A stretch of DNA of 64,000 nt, taken from contig NC_058131.1 of NCBI RefSeq assembly GCF_016433145.1, positions 612,940,708-613,004,707 on the forward strand. Direction: 5' to 3'. This stretch comes from Gracilinanus agilis. Its lineage: Eukaryota. Both the position numbers and the translations under genes were made by a program. Position 1 is the stretch's first letter. The number at the start of each line of letters is the position of its first letter. Shown in pieces: positions 14,001 to 26,951 of this stretch. Under the pieces are notes generated by a model. That model worked only from the letters and a program-made list of their open reading frames with translations, did not search any database and was not told the origin of the DNA.

Positions 14001-17000
14001 TGAAACTGGAAGTGGGAGGTGGGGAGTATGTAGTGGTACAAAATGGTAATATCAGAAGCTACGTAGAGAAGTCAAGAAAACAAAAACCTTAAAAAGGCCA
14101 TTGCATTTGGAAGTCCACAAGTCTTTGATGGCCCTTGAGAAATGAGTTCTGGTAGACTGGTGGGAGCAGAACTGACAGCTTTTATAAGAAATGTGGTAGT
14201 GAATAGTAGAAGAGAGAATGGTATCAGATTTGGATTATAAAGGTCAGAAGAAGTATTTCTTAGGATCGGGGATGCTATGAATAATGAGAAAGAGAATCGT
14301 TAAGGGTAGAATAGAAAAATTGTCAGGCAGTAGCAATGGCCTCACTGAGGTATAGAACACAGTTTGGGAACGAAGGCAGCTCAGATTCAGATTTTCACAG
14401 CTTCATTGTGTGATTTGGCTTCAGCAGAATTGAGCAGTTCTGGAGCTTAAACAGAAAAATCAAATAGTGGGGCTATCCTTGGGATGGTGGTTCAGGCAGA
14501 TGGTACAGTGAATAGAGCCCTGGGCTTAGAGTCACAGAATCCTGAGTTCAAACCCAAACTCATATATTTACTAGCTCTGTGACCCTAGGCAAGTGTCTTA
14601 ACCTTTTTATGCCCCAGGTTCCTCATCTGTAAAATGAGGATAATAATTGCACCTTCCTCTCAGGATTTTATAAAGATAAAATAAAATAATATTTGTAAAG
14701 AACTTTGCAAATCTTAAAGTGCTATATAAGTGCTAGCTATGAGGAGGAGAAAGAGGCAGAAGAGGAGGAGGAATCAGCAATAGTAGAAGGTCACCAGAGT
14801 GAAGGATTCCAGGATTCTAATTAATGGCACATTTAAGCATCTGACCATGCTGTCAACGTTGGGTATGCAGGGAAATAAAGCCTAAATAAGAGATTTGGAA
14901 AATGGGAATAAGAGACCAGGGGTCACAATAAGGATAAAGAGGAGAATTGATAATAAAAGGTGGGAGAAGTGGAAAAAAAGGAATCCAAAAATGGAATTCC
15001 AAAGCTCTGATTTGCAACTTTTAAGAAATGGTGAAATCCTGTCCTGATATATGACCGAAGCGGGGTGAAGAGGGAAGTCTTTAGAATTGAGAAAGTTGAT
15101 ATTATGAAGAGAGTGGACAGACGGAGCTATTTTGCAAGCACTTTGCTTACTGAACAACCCTGCTAGGGCCTAGAAGTATTTAAGGGTAGAGGAGGGAGGA
15201 AGTCCTCATCATTGGAGCAAGGGGAGAAGCTCATTTAACTGTCCCTAGGAATTCCGAAAAAACCTGAAGGGCGTGAACGGAGGAAAAGATTTCGAGCAGG
15301 ACATCCTAGAGGACATGTACCATGCTATCAAGTGAGTTTTTAATGAAGAGTGAGGGGTTCAGCCTTTTGAATTGATATAGCAAATCCCCATTCCCATCTC
15401 TTCCCACCAGTCCCTTATATGGTGTGTAGCTCACCTCCCAGACTGGAAATAGTTCTCTGTCAACACTTTCCTTCCTTGAGTGAAACCCTCTAGGACCCCA
15501 AAAGCTGAAGGACACCAACTCTTCTCTTAGAGGAATCTGCTGATGACCCACAGGCAACCTGCAGATGGCAAGGCTGAGGTGGAGATCTGGGTCAGAATTA
15601 GGCCTGATTGGTAATCCCTCTGCCCTCAGCTGTCAGTGAGAGGAAGCAGAGAGCTCTTCTCTAAAAGTAAGGTTTCTCTGAATTCCTAGAAAAGTTTCTG
15701 GCATAATTTTGAAGTCTAGAAACTATTAAATTTGAGATCTAGGAAAGGACTTCAAAGACATAAGATAAAGGAGATTGGGGGGAGGAAGGGAACCTTCTTG
15801 GCAGCAAGAAATCAGACAAGCCACAGTGTGATGGGTGGAAGAATCCCTTGTATCAACAGCAGATGCTAGATTCGTGGTGGCAGACCTGTGGTCCTCTCTG
15901 TGGGCACAACCTCCATTCCCCCAGCATGGAGTTGGCCAGCGTTTGTTACTGAAAGCCAGAGAGATGCAGGACTGGGCTGCTCCCCACCCCCTTTGCACAT
16001 GTACCTGAGGACATCCTTCACATCACCTGCCCCTCCAAAAGGTTCACCATCACTGTACTAGATCTATGTGCAGATGTACAATCTTGACCTTGTCATTATA
16101 CTCAACCCCCACTGGATTATAGGAATGATGAGATTGTGATGCCTGAAGAACAGACTGGTCTGGTGAGGGAAAACTATGTGTGGAATGTCCTACTGCATCG
16201 AGGTGCAACCCCTGAGGGTATATTCCTACTGGTACCTGCTGGCAGCTATGATCATGACCTCTTCACCATGACCTGGGGCCCTACTATTGCTGCCCTCTCC
16301 TATGTATTTGACAAGAGCTTAGAAGAAACAATTATCCAAAAGGCCATTTCAGGCTTCAGGTAACCCAATTTGCTTTTGTCTCAGCCCTGAAATTCTTCCC
16401 AGTCCCTTAATAACATCTATTTCCCAATTGTCCTCACTTTGATTTTTCCCGGGATAGGTCACTTTAAACTACTTCTGAATCCATGCCTGGGAATCTCTGA
16501 CTTCTTTTACTCAATTATATAGTTATATCTTCCCAGAGCAATGATTCCTTTGGAGGGGAATCAAGGCCTGGGGGAACATACTTTGCAGGTGACACCAAAG
16601 TGAGAAGGGAATCATCAGGGAAGAACCCTGAGAAAGATCTGCCATGGTACTTGGAAGGGCAATTGACCTTTCCAGTGACTCTGTTCCTCGGGTGGGGTAT
16701 GGATCCTTGCAGGAAATGTGCCATGATCTCCGCCCACTATGGCCTGAGCGATGTGTTTGACAATCTCATCATCTCTTTGTGTAAATTTACAGCCCTCAGC
16801 AGTGAGGTAAGTAAAGGGTAGCAGAAAGACATTGAGGGCACAGCATAGGGAAGCAGGCATTGTCTGGACCTGATGCTCCATAGAGGCAGACACACAGAGA
16901 CATCCAAACAATAACTGGGATTCCATTGAAGATTTAACTTTCTCCAGTAGTTATATACCTCACTTAGCATTGTCCATGTAGTATCCTATACTTCACTGTA

Positions 17001-20000
17001 TACTGCAAGGTCTTTTGGGGACTCTCACCCTCCATGACCAGCATATTCTAGGAAGGAGGTTGGGATTATTATTGTTAAATGAGAATTGGAGTGGGAAAGA
17101 GTAGAGTCTTTGAATACCCTGGAGCTCTCACACTATCATAGAAAGAAGAGTTAATGAGAGGACTCAAAGGAGAAGTTAGCAAATAAGGAGCTACAACAAT
17201 CCCTAGACCTTAGCTAGACCTTGGACTTCATTTTCTCTACTTTTTCAGTCCATTGAAAACCTGCCCAGTGTGTTTGGGAGCAACCCTAAAGCACACATTG
17301 CAGCCAAGACTGTTTTCCATTTGGCCCATCGCCATGGTGACATCCTTCGAGAGGGCTGGAAGAACATCATGGAGGCCATGCTACAGCTGTTCCGGGCCCA
17401 GCTATTGCCCAAGGCCATGGTAGAGGTAACAGCTAGAGATTTAAAGAGAAAAAATTGAGCACTGACTGCAATTTGAGGAGAAAATTAAAATTTTGGGGAA
17501 GCAAAGTTTAGGACCAATGTCTTACATTGGCCCAGTCCTTATCTAATAGGCTTCAGCATCAAGGAACCACAAGTATATGATATTATTCCTGAGGAAGACA
17601 ACTGGCAGAGGCATTGGAAGGCGTTTGTTCAGTTGAATAATAGCACAAGAGGCTGTCAGGAATAAAACTAGAGAACTGGGTTGGAACTGGGTAATAAGTA
17701 ACAATTTTTTTGAGAAAGGCTGATTTTCCTAGGTGGAAGACTTTGTGGACCCCAATGGCAAGATCTCTCTGCAGCGGGAGGAAACACCATCTAACCGGTG
17801 AGAGTAGGCCAGAGCTGAACTACGGGGAGGGAATATCTAAGAATTTAGGATTTACCTGTATATGTCCCATCTCTCCATTCCTCTATAGAGGAGAGTCAAC
17901 TGTGCTGAGCTTTGTGAGCTGGTTGACATTGAGTGGTCCTGAGCAATCCAGTATGCGGGGTCCATCCACTGAGAACCAAGAAGCCAAGCGCATGGCCCTG
18001 GACTGTATCAAGGTATCTCTCCCAAGTATTTTTCCATTATTCTCTCTAGTGATCAGGTCTCAACTTCTTGCAGGATAGGACCCTGGCTTTGTGGGATTTT
18101 TTTCCTCATTCCAACTCAGGCAACTGATTCCCTCCTCCTGCCACTGTAGCAATGTGACCCAGAGAAGATGATCACAGAAAGCAAGTTCCTCCAGCTGGAG
18201 TCCTTACAAGAGTTAATGAAGGTATATGCAGAAGGAAGTCAGTGGGAGGAGCTAGACAGGGTCTATGGCTAGGCGATGGTGGTGGTGGGTGGTGGCAGCA
18301 TGTTGTTTACTACTTCTCTCTAGGCTCTAATATCAGTGACACCAGATGAGGAGACTTATGATGAGGAAGATGCAGCATTCTGCTTAGAGATGCTTCTTCG
18401 GATTGTGCTAGAGAACAGGTGAGCTAAATGTTTGAATCATGGCAGTAGGCTTGGATCCTACACCCATACTGTGGACCTTTGGGCAAATCCACTGTGACTG
18501 AAGCTTGTACCAAGGGAATAGCAATGCCTGTACAAAGCAAGAGGTCCTGTTGCTTTTCTGGCTATACCAGAACCACTGGGTTCACAATACCCCTATGTTC
18601 AGCATCAGTACCAAGAGACCCTAAAGCAGTGCTGGTGAACCTTTTAGACATAGAGTGCTGTGCCTGCCTCTCCAGAGACTGCATGCTGTGCCTTTCCTCC
18701 CCTACTGAGTACTGGGCACACCCTTCCCCCCTCCCCTTACCCCACAAAGGGGAAGGAGAAAGCACTCCCATTGGGTTGCTGGGCAGAGGGGCAAGTGATG
18801 TGAAAAAATGTCATCAGGCACAGTGGAGAGGGAGAAGGGAGCAGCTCTGCCCAAGTCCCTCTGCCTCTCTAGTAACAAACTGGGAGGGGGGTGATGGCTG
18901 CATGCCCACAGAGAGCACTCTGCGTACCATCTTTGGCACCCATGCCATAGGTTTGCCATCACTACCCTACAGGGATTAGTGTAGTTCTAGACCATCAGAG
19001 GGATAACTACTGCCCAAGTTGCCCTCTGCTTACTCATTTTCCTCCCTCTCCTCTTCTTGCTTCATAGGGACCGTGTGGGCTGTGTATGGCAGACAGTGCG
19101 TGATCATCTGTACCACCTATGTGTCCAGGCACTGGATTTCTGCTTCCTGGTGGAGCGGGCTGTGGTGGGGCTACTGCGTCTGGCCATACGGTTGCTAAGG
19201 AGAGAGGAAATCAGTGGCCAGGTGAAGGGATCTTAGCCATCTGGAAAAGAGGGTTAAAGGAGGTGGGCCAAAGGCCAAGGGACCCTTGAGACTATGTAGC
19301 AGAGACTACATTCGGTGCCCTACTTCCTGAGAGTTGGTGATGGTGGAAGCATATATTACTTCCTAAATGTCACAAGAGGACCCCTAGCAAGAATCCCAAT
19401 TAGGAATGGTGAGGGAAAGAAGAAATGTCTGCAGTATCCTTGGTCATGGGACTGATCTTTGGCATCCAGGCTACCCACTGTGCCTTTCTAGATCCTAGAA
19501 TTTTCTCTTTCCCTGCCACAAAAGGCTTATCCCATGGGCAGACCATTATCATACTCTGTTCTCAGGGTGAACAAGTCAAGCAGGAGAGTAGAGGTTGAGT
19601 GGTGAATCCCATGCTCGCTTCCTAGGTGCTGCTGTCTCTTCGTATCCTGTTACTGATGAAACCTAGTGTGCTGTCTCGTGTCAGCCACCAGGTTGCCTAT
19701 GGGCTCCATGAGTTGCTCAAGACCAATGCAGCTAACATCCACTCTGGGGATGATTGGGCCACACTCTTTACTTTGCTGGAGTGCATTGGCTCAGGGGTGA
19801 AGCCTCCCCCTTCTCTACAGGCCACAGCTAGGACAGAGACCACTGATACTGGTAAGCCTTCCCTAGGGAAACCTGACATGTACTTAATCTTACAGTCTGA
19901 AGAAAGAAGGCTCAGAGACTTGCATTAAACAAATTAAATATTTCCATCTGCTAGCTTCCAGCACTACTAGCAACTCCCCAATGTCCATGGATTAAGTATC

Positions 20001-23000
20001 AGTAGAGGCACAGAGAATAATGGAAAGATCATCATAGATTTAGAGTTGGAAGGATAATCTTAGAGGCCATCTTGGATTGCCCTTCATATTATAGATGAGG
20101 AAACTGAGCCTCAGAGAGGTTAAGGACCTTGTCCATGGTCATATAACTAGTAATGATCCAAATCAAGATACGAATTCATCTTCATGACTCCCAGGCTCGT
20201 TATTTATCCACTATATCACTTGGCAGCCATATATCAAGGAATAATAAGACTTTCTGGAAGCATTATCTCTTTACTCCAGTAATAATTGTCAACAGGAGCT
20301 TAAGTCCCATTGGCCCAAGAATGATTAGAATAAAAATTGTCTGGTTTATACTTTTGTCTACCGGTGGCAAGACTACTAAGCTAACCCAAACAAAAGAGCA
20401 TCCTTTCCTTCTTGGAAAGAAGAACCTTGTGTGTTCTTTCACTTATTTATTTTCATTTTAAGAACAAATTTCCACATAAGTTTTCCAAAGTTATATGATC
20501 CAAATTGTCTCCCTCCTTTCTTCCTTCCCCCCCTCAGAGCTGGCAAGCAATTCAATCTAGGTTACACATGTATTATCATGCAAAACTTTCATATTTATTT
20601 TTGTAAGTGAAAAATCTTATAAAACCCCAAACCCAAAACATATACCCAAAACAATAAACAAGTAATACATCATATGCTTTCATCTACATACAACATTCTT
20701 TCTCTGGAGGTGGAGAGCATTCTTTTTCATAAGTCCCTCAGAATTATTCAGGATTATTGTATTGCTGTTAATTTGCTAAGTCTATCACAGTTGATCATTC
20801 CACAGTATTGTTGATAATGTGGACACTGTTTTCCTGATGCTGCTTATTTCACTCCACATCACTTCATATGGATCTTTCCAGCTCTTTCTGTAATCATCCT
20901 GTTCATCATTCCTTATAGCACAATAGTATTCCATTACCATTGTATACCATAATTTATTCAGCCATTCCTCAATTGAGAGACATTCTCTTAGTTTCCAATT
21001 CTTTGCCATCACAAAAAGAGTAGCTATAAATATTTTTGACAAAGCAGGTCCTTTCCCATTATTTTTTATCTCTTTGGGATACAGACCTAGTAGTGGATCA
21101 AAGGCTATGCATTGTTTTATAGCCCTTTGGGCATAATTCCAAATTGCTCTCCAGAATAGTTGGATCAGTTCACAATTCCACCAGCAATGCATTAGTGTTC
21201 CAATTTTGCCACATCCTCTCCAACATTTATCATTTTCCTTTACTGTCATATCGGCCAAACTGATAGATGTGAAGGTGGTGCCTCAGAGTTGTTTTAATTT
21301 GCATTTATCTAATCAAGAGGGAGTTAGAACTTTTTTTCATATAATTATTGATACCTTAGATTTCTTCATCTGAAAACTATCTATTCATGTCCTTTGACCA
21401 CTTATCAATTGGGGAATCACTTTGATGCTTATAAATTTGATTTAGTTCTTTATATATTTGAGAAATGAGACCTTTTTCAGAGAAATTTGTTATAAAAATA
21501 TTTTCCCAATTGGTTATTTCCCTTCTAATCTGGGTTGCATTGATTTTTGTTTGAACAAAAACTTTTTAATATGATCAGTTATTCATTTTACATCTTGCAA
21601 TGTTCTCTATCTCTTGTCTGGCCATAAATTCTTCACTTCTTCATAGATCTAATAGGTAAATTATTCTATTCCCCTAATTTACTTATAATATCACTCTTTA
21701 AATCATATACCCATTTTGACCTTATTTTGGTATAGGATGTGAGATACTGATCTAAACCTAATTTTTGCCATACTTTTAGTGTTCTTTAGTATTTTGTTCC
21801 AATGTCTCTATCTGTACCCTCCATGCCCACCCCAATTCTGCCTACATTCTTTCTTGGCTTAGGTGCTCAGTCAGACAGTGAACTCTCCTCCTACCACCCC
21901 AGTGATGTCAGCCTGGACCGAGGCTATACCTCAGACTCAGAAGTCTATACTGATCACGGTAGGCCAGGCAAGATGCACCGCTCAGCTACTGATGCCGACG
22001 TGGTCAACAGTGGTTGGCTAGTGGTGAGAAAGGAAGGGGCAGTGGGATATAGTACTCCTCATCATGGTTTTCCTGGGGCACAGTGAGGGGGACAAATTGA
22101 GCCGAATTGGGCTCCTAAGCTCTGTACCAGGCAAATATCCAGGTTACTCTCCACATTCATATTCTGAATAGGTGGGAAAAGATGACATAGACAGCTCCAA
22201 GTCAGGACCAGGACCAAACCGGCTTGGCCCTTCCCCTCTGGTGAATCAGTACAGCCTTACTGTGGGCTTGGACTTGGGGCCTCATGACACAAAGTCCCTC
22301 CTCAAATGTGTGGAGTCACTGTCTTTCATCGTTCGTGATGCTGCTCATATTACTCCAGACAATTTTGAGCTCTGTGTCAAGACCATCCGAATTTTTGTAG
22401 AGGCCAGTCTGAATGGTGGTAAGTAGGTAGAGGAGGCAGGAGAGGGAGCTGCCTGAAAAGGAAAGAGGGGAAGGAGTGGGTTTTATATAACTATAGAAAT
22501 ATGGCCTGGGTCTCCGCAGGATGCAAATCTCAGGAAAAACGAAGCAAATGCCACAAATATGACAGCAAAGGGAATCGCTTCAAGAAGAAGTCGAAGGATG
22601 GCTCAGTTCTTCGTCGACCACGAATGACCAGCCAGCATACAACTCGTGGTGGACACAGTGATGATGAAGATGATGAAGGAGTGCCTGCTAGCTACCACAC
22701 GGTGTCTTTACAGGTCAGTCAGGACGTAAGTATGGCACCATTTATTTCCTCTTCTCCCTGTGCCTGGCTGTTGGGGAACCCAGCTGGGGCCAGGGTAGGC
22801 AGACTTGGACTGAGAGGGGAATCTGAGGGAGAGATTACTAAAGCAAAGGAATTGGATAATGGAATTGTCAGGAATAGAATGATTGATGACTGGAAGTGGG
22901 CACTGTCTTCAAAGAGACCAGGTGTAGAACATTGAGGATGAAGTTGTTTGGGTCCCTGGATCCAATTCACAACTCCTCCTTTGTGATTCCAGCTGCTGGA

Positions 23001-25754
23001 CTTGATGCACACCCTACACACACGGGCAGCAACTATTTACAGCTCATGGGCTGAGGAGCAGCGTCACTTAGAGACAGGGGGCAAGAAGATTGAGGCCGAT
23101 TCCCGGACCCTCTGGGCTCATTGCTGGTGCCCATTGCTTCAGGGTAATCTTCAAGGAAAATGAGGGATAGGGCTGAGGTGGTAGATTGGGATGCCAGCTG
23201 TGATGCTGACTGTCTCTCCCCTGCTCAGGTATTGCCTGGCTCTGCTGTGATGCCCGGCGTCAAGTACGGATGCAGGCACTCACCTACTTACAGAGGGCCC
23301 TGTTGGTACATGACCTGCAGAAGCTAGATGCCCTGGAATGGGAGTCCTGTTTTAATAAGGTAATGGAGGGGAGAGGAAAACCTGGACAGTTTGAGGTAGA
23401 AATAAGAGCCTCCTATGCCAACACTCATCTTTTGCCCCAGCATACCTCCATGACATGTCTCTTCTCTTCCCCTAGCCATCTTCCTGGCTCTTTGGGAGCC
23501 AAGCCACTAACTTTACTGTCGGGGATGGGGATGTGGGGTGATTGTCCAACAGGTGCTGTTTCCTCTACTGACCAAGCTTCTAGAGAACATCAGTCCTGCA
23601 GATGTGGGTGGGATGGAGGAGACACGGATGAGGGCTTCCACATTGCTCTCCAAGGTATGATCACCTTGCATCCACACTAGGCCCTCTCCTTATACTTCCA
23701 CCCCTTAGCAGATAGGGAAGGCAGAGGAAGTGGTATCTCCTAGTGCCCTTTGGAACCTGAGGACCCAGAAGAATCCTGAGCCTCAGAGGACTTACCCAGG
23801 TCAAAGGCCTAGAAGGGAAACAGGCTAAAGAAGGATTCTTCCCAAGGGGTGAGGACAGTATCATCTGATTAGCCACTGGTGGGTCACAGGTTTTCCTGCA
23901 GCACCTATCCCCACTGTTGTCACTTCCGACCTTTGCTGCTCTCTGGCTGACCATCTTGGATTTCATGGACAAGTATATGCATGCAGGCTCCAGTGACTTA
24001 CTGGTATGGTCCCCTACAGCTTCTCAGGCTGTGTTCCCTCCCCATTAAGCTTGACCTACCCATTTAGCTTCATCCCTCTTATCTCCTTCCTTGCCCATCC
24101 CCAAACCCTAGTCACTTTGGCCCCTATCCTTCTAGGCTGTAAATTCCTGATTTCCTTATGCCCTTGGGAAGTATTGTCCAGTTTGCTTGTCTAAGAGCTG
24201 CTCTTGCTTGCCTCTTTCCCATCTGTCTTTTTTCCACACACACACACACACACACACACACTCCTCCAGTCTGAGGCTATCCCTGAGTCACTCAAGAACA
24301 TGCTGCTAGTGATGGATACTGCAGAGATCTTCCACAACGCAGACACAAGGGGAAGTGGCTCCTCTGCCCTCTGGGAGATCACCTGGGAGCGTATTGACTG
24401 TTTCCTGCCCCATCTTCGAGATGAACTCTTCAAGCAGACAGTCATCCCTGGTATGAGACTACTAATAGCTTCTCAGCTTTAGCACTAAGGACCCTAGAGC
24501 TCTCAGAGCCTAGAAATGGATTAGGGCTCAATGTCCTGGCTTGGTGGGGGGCACACAAGCAGGTAGGATGAAATAAGGCTCCTCTTTTGCAAAAAACTGA
24601 AAGGTATTTTTTGAACTATAACTTTCCCCAGATCCCCTGCCACTGGTGCCTAGTGAACCACATTCCCAGAAGACTCTGGCCTCTGCCCATTTGCCTCCTG
24701 CTGCCAGTGACACAAGGATGCCCAGCCACACATATACTCCAGAAATGCCCTCAGAACTGGGGGCCTATGGTGAGGCCTCTTTTTCCACACTTCCAAATGT
24801 TAAAGGATGGGGAAATAAGGGAAAGGAGGGAAAGCATCTGTTAAGTATATACTACATACCAAGCACTTTACAAATATTATTTCATTTGATCCACACAACA
24901 GCCCTGGGAGTTAGGTGCTATTATTATTCCCCATTTTACATTTGGGGAAACTGAGGAAGATAGAAGTTAAATGACTTACCCAGGGTTATACAATTAGTAA
25001 ATATCTGAGGCTAGATTTGAACTCTGGTCTTCCTGACTTTAGGCCCAGCACTCCATCTGTGCCACCCCACTGCCCCAGGGGAACAGAGTTCAGAAAACCA
25101 CATAACAGTTTTCTATATCAGCTAAAAGTAGAGTACTGCTATCCAGAATAAAGTGCTAGTGAAGGGAAGGGGCAAGATCCAGAGATCAGTGCTGACCTTC
25201 TGTCCCCATGAAGAATGAGAGGACTAGGGGAGGCACCAGTAAGCTAAAACTCAAGGTGGAAGAGTAGGGATTAAGCCTACATGTACAATGAACTGCCCAG
25301 TTGGTTAGACCTGGGAAGAGATGATTGAAGATTGTTGAATATTCTTCACTTAACAGAATAGATTCTCATTTGTCTGGGTGGAGGGCAGGACTATCTGGTC
25401 CAGATGCAGGGAAGAACAGTTGGAGGAATGGGCCAAAAATGGGATCTGAACATTGCCACATTTTCCCGCACAGAGTCAGAGAAGTCAGAGGTCCCTGGAG
25501 CAGCTGCCGGTGGTTGTTCTGGTTCTTCCACAGTCTTGACACCCAGCAAGCTGAGCTCCAGCCCAGATGGGCCTATGCCATTAGCTCAGCCCCCTCTGAT
25601 CCTGCAGCCTCTGGCTTCCCCACTGCAGGTGGGCGTGCCACCCATGACATTACCTATCATTCTAAATCCAGCCCTCATTGAGGCAACTTCACCTGTGCCT
25701 CTGCTAGCTGCCCCTCGCCCCACTGACTCTATGCCCACTTCTGAAGTCAACTAA
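2025..25754 (+). CDS. GBF1: Golgi brefeldin A-resistant ARF guanine nucleotide exchange factor 1 (5'-partial, ~1650 aa in window; HUS, Sec7 and HDS domains)
   Basis: Exons: 2025-2163, 3260-3483, 5276-5444, 5924-6135, 6469-6567, 7166-7360, 7762-7951 (identical copy 8134-8323), 9547-9690, 10276-10364, 11608-11810, 12798-12921, 13225-13350, 15249-15331, 16123-16359, 16713-16806, 17249-17425, 17733-17797, 17889-18012, 18150-18221, 18324-18418, 19068-19221, 19626-19851, 21863-22023, 22172-22418, 22520-22725, 22993-23143, 23229-23359, 23553-23654, 23890-24003, 24270-24450, 24632-24769, 25474-25754. All GT-AG and phase-consistent, 4953 nt to TAA. Peptides match recalled human GBF1: [38 protein letters not shown], Sec7 [16 protein letters not shown]...[10 protein letters not shown] (Glu finger at 12871), C-terminus PTSEVN*. 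Confidence 0.97.
2220..2407 (-). mobile_element. Young tRNA-derived marsupial SINE (SINE1_Mdo-like)
   Basis: Reverse complement of GGGGCAGCTGGGTAGCTCAGTGG...GGTTCAAACCC (A/B boxes) with poly(A) tail; TSD TGGATTTCTTTT (2208-2219 and 2408-2419); nearly identical to 43213-43403. Confidence 0.9.
2788..3223 (+). mobile_element. Composite SINE - RTE-like fragment - SINE retroinsertion
   Basis: SINE head ~2790-2927, unrelated insert ~2928-3039, second SINE head from ~3040 with an atypical tail, poly(A) 3205-3223; TSD AAGCATATGC (2778-2787 and 3222-3231). Confidence 0.75.
3612..3832 (+). mobile_element. MIR/Mar1 CORE-SINE
   Basis: TGTGTGACCCTGGGCAAGTCACTTAACCTCTGTTTCCTTATCTGTAAAGTGGG core. Confidence 0.8.
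7668..8345. other. 306-bp direct duplication (7668-7973 = 8040-8345) next to assembly gaps
   Basis: Copies appear identical at offset 372; bounded by the N run 7525-7667 and a single N at 7974. Confidence 0.9.
7975..8018. repeat. (GA)n microsatellite
   Basis: Direct GA run after the single N at 7974. Confidence 0.95.
11347..11545 (+). mobile_element. Marsupial tRNA-derived SINE
   Basis: A/B-box head, GGTTCAAAT, ...CCATTGCCTAGCCCTTACCACTCTT tail. Confidence 0.8.
12355..12571 (+). mobile_element. Marsupial tRNA-derived SINE
   Basis: GGGGCAGCTAGGTAGCTTAGTGG head, GGTAAGGGTTTTAA tail and poly(A). Confidence 0.8.
13600..14480 (-). mobile_element. Degraded L2 fragments
   Basis: Purine-rich on + with blocks (GAGATATCCAA, AGAAGTTAGGATTGAAGACGTAGAGTTGAAAGTCATC) shared with 28800-28930 and 44500-44600. 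Confidence 0.55.
14490..14740 (+). mobile_element. MIR/Mar1 CORE-SINE
   Basis: CTCTGTGACCCTAGGCAAGTG...GTTCCTCATCTGTAAAATGAGGATAATAAT core. Confidence 0.8.
18627..18964. mobile_element. Non-autonomous hAT element, 338 bp, in a GBF1 intron
   Basis: TIRs CAGTGCTGGTGAACCT...AGGTTTGCCATCACTA; 8-bp TSD CCCTAAAG/CCCTACAG (1 mismatch); internally similar to 27777-27986. Confidence 0.8.
20445..21790 (-). mobile_element. 5'-truncated LINE-1 (ORF2 C-terminus + 3' UTR)
   Basis: ORF 20785-21258 (-) reads [17 protein letters not shown]...LLGLYPKE...KLWY..MEYY.AI, the L1 ORF2 cysteine-rich C-terminal domain. Confidence 0.92.
24235..24260. repeat. (CA)13 microsatellite at a GBF1 splice acceptor
   Basis: Ends 9 nt before exon start 24270. 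Confidence 0.95.
24830..25070 (-). mobile_element. MIR/Mar1 CORE-SINE
   Basis: CCCCATTTTACA...GGAAACTGAGG...AAATGACTTACCCAGGGT reverse core. Confidence 0.78.
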
Positions 25755-26398
25755 GACAGGTGGTTGGGAAGACTGGGCCTACCCCTCCTGTCACACCACT
25801 GGGGGCTTCTCACCCTGTCCCTCTTCTGGTTGCACACTGTGTCGATGCCTCCCCTGGGCCTGGCCCAGCCACTACTGCTGTTCTCATTGGAGCCAAATTG
25901 AGAAATCATCGAAGGGAATGAGGGCAGCACTTCCTAAAGACATCATCCAGAGAGAAGGAACTGTCTTCGTCTTCTGCTCATCATCTCTGGGAGGCTTCCC
26001 TGAGAACAGAGATCAGACTTGGGGCTTACCCAGAGCTCGCCCCAGGCTAGCTCTAGTCTCTTAGGAGGCCTGGGCTCACCCTAAGGGAGAGACTTGCGGG
26101 TATCAGTGCCAACCAGCCCTGCCCATGTTGACTCTTGGCATCTGGGGCCCTGTCTTTCCCTTTACCCTGCAGTCCTAGCTCCAAGAGCTATACTCCAACC
26201 ACATTGCACTTTGCTTCCCTTTCCTCAGACCTCCCTCCCCTCATCAGCCCTGAGCTACCTCCTCTAGTTCTTCCTCTATCAATGAGTTGGGTTAATTTGG
26301 GGAGTTAATTAGGGCCAGGGGACAGAGGTAGTAATAAGGGGAATTGCCTACAGGAGCATGTACATATGGAAAGGTTAACAATTGACTTTTTACAATGT

Positions 26399-26404
26399 AA
26401 TAAA
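26399..26404 (+). terminator. GBF1 polyadenylation signal AATAAA
   Basis: First AATAAA ~645 nt after the GBF1 stop, followed by pyrimidine-rich sequence. Confidence 0.7.
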
Positions 26405-26951
26405 TGTCATAAAACTCACACCCAAGCCTCCCTTTCCCCCTCTATTGCACCTTTTCCCCTCCCCAGCACTTTCTTTTCTAAGCCTGTGGCCTGACTGGAT
26501 AGAGAAGTCCTAGCACAAATCTATAGGGTTAGATGAGGGAAAGCAAAGAAACAAGAGGACACTGCTGCCTTCTGACCCTGAGTAGGAAGGATCTGGGTCC
26601 AGGATGGGTCTTGTTTGTTGCTGCTTTAGAGCCACAACTACCCCCCTCCCTGGGGTAGTTGTGCTTTCCAGAACTAATGAAAGACAAGGCCGGAAGAGAT
26701 TACATGAATGACTGCAGCTTCCCAAGGCTATCTTCTTCCATAATCTCCCTGATCTAAGGAGGAAAAAGACAATGAATGAACTGAAACTAAGGCTTTTCTT
26801 GTACAAGCATTATCATAAAGAGCCAGGCCTTGATCCTTGCATTCTGTCACGGCCTCATAGATGTCAAGTATGGAGAAACTTTAGAGCTCATATCCCACCT
26901 CCCTATACAAGGCCTTCCTTTAATCTGAAGCCCAGAAAGATTCTAAGATTT

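Noticed and set aside
18479-18979. 166-aa ORF in a GBF1 intron
   Set aside because: It runs through the non-autonomous hAT element, with no transposase motifs and no splice support.
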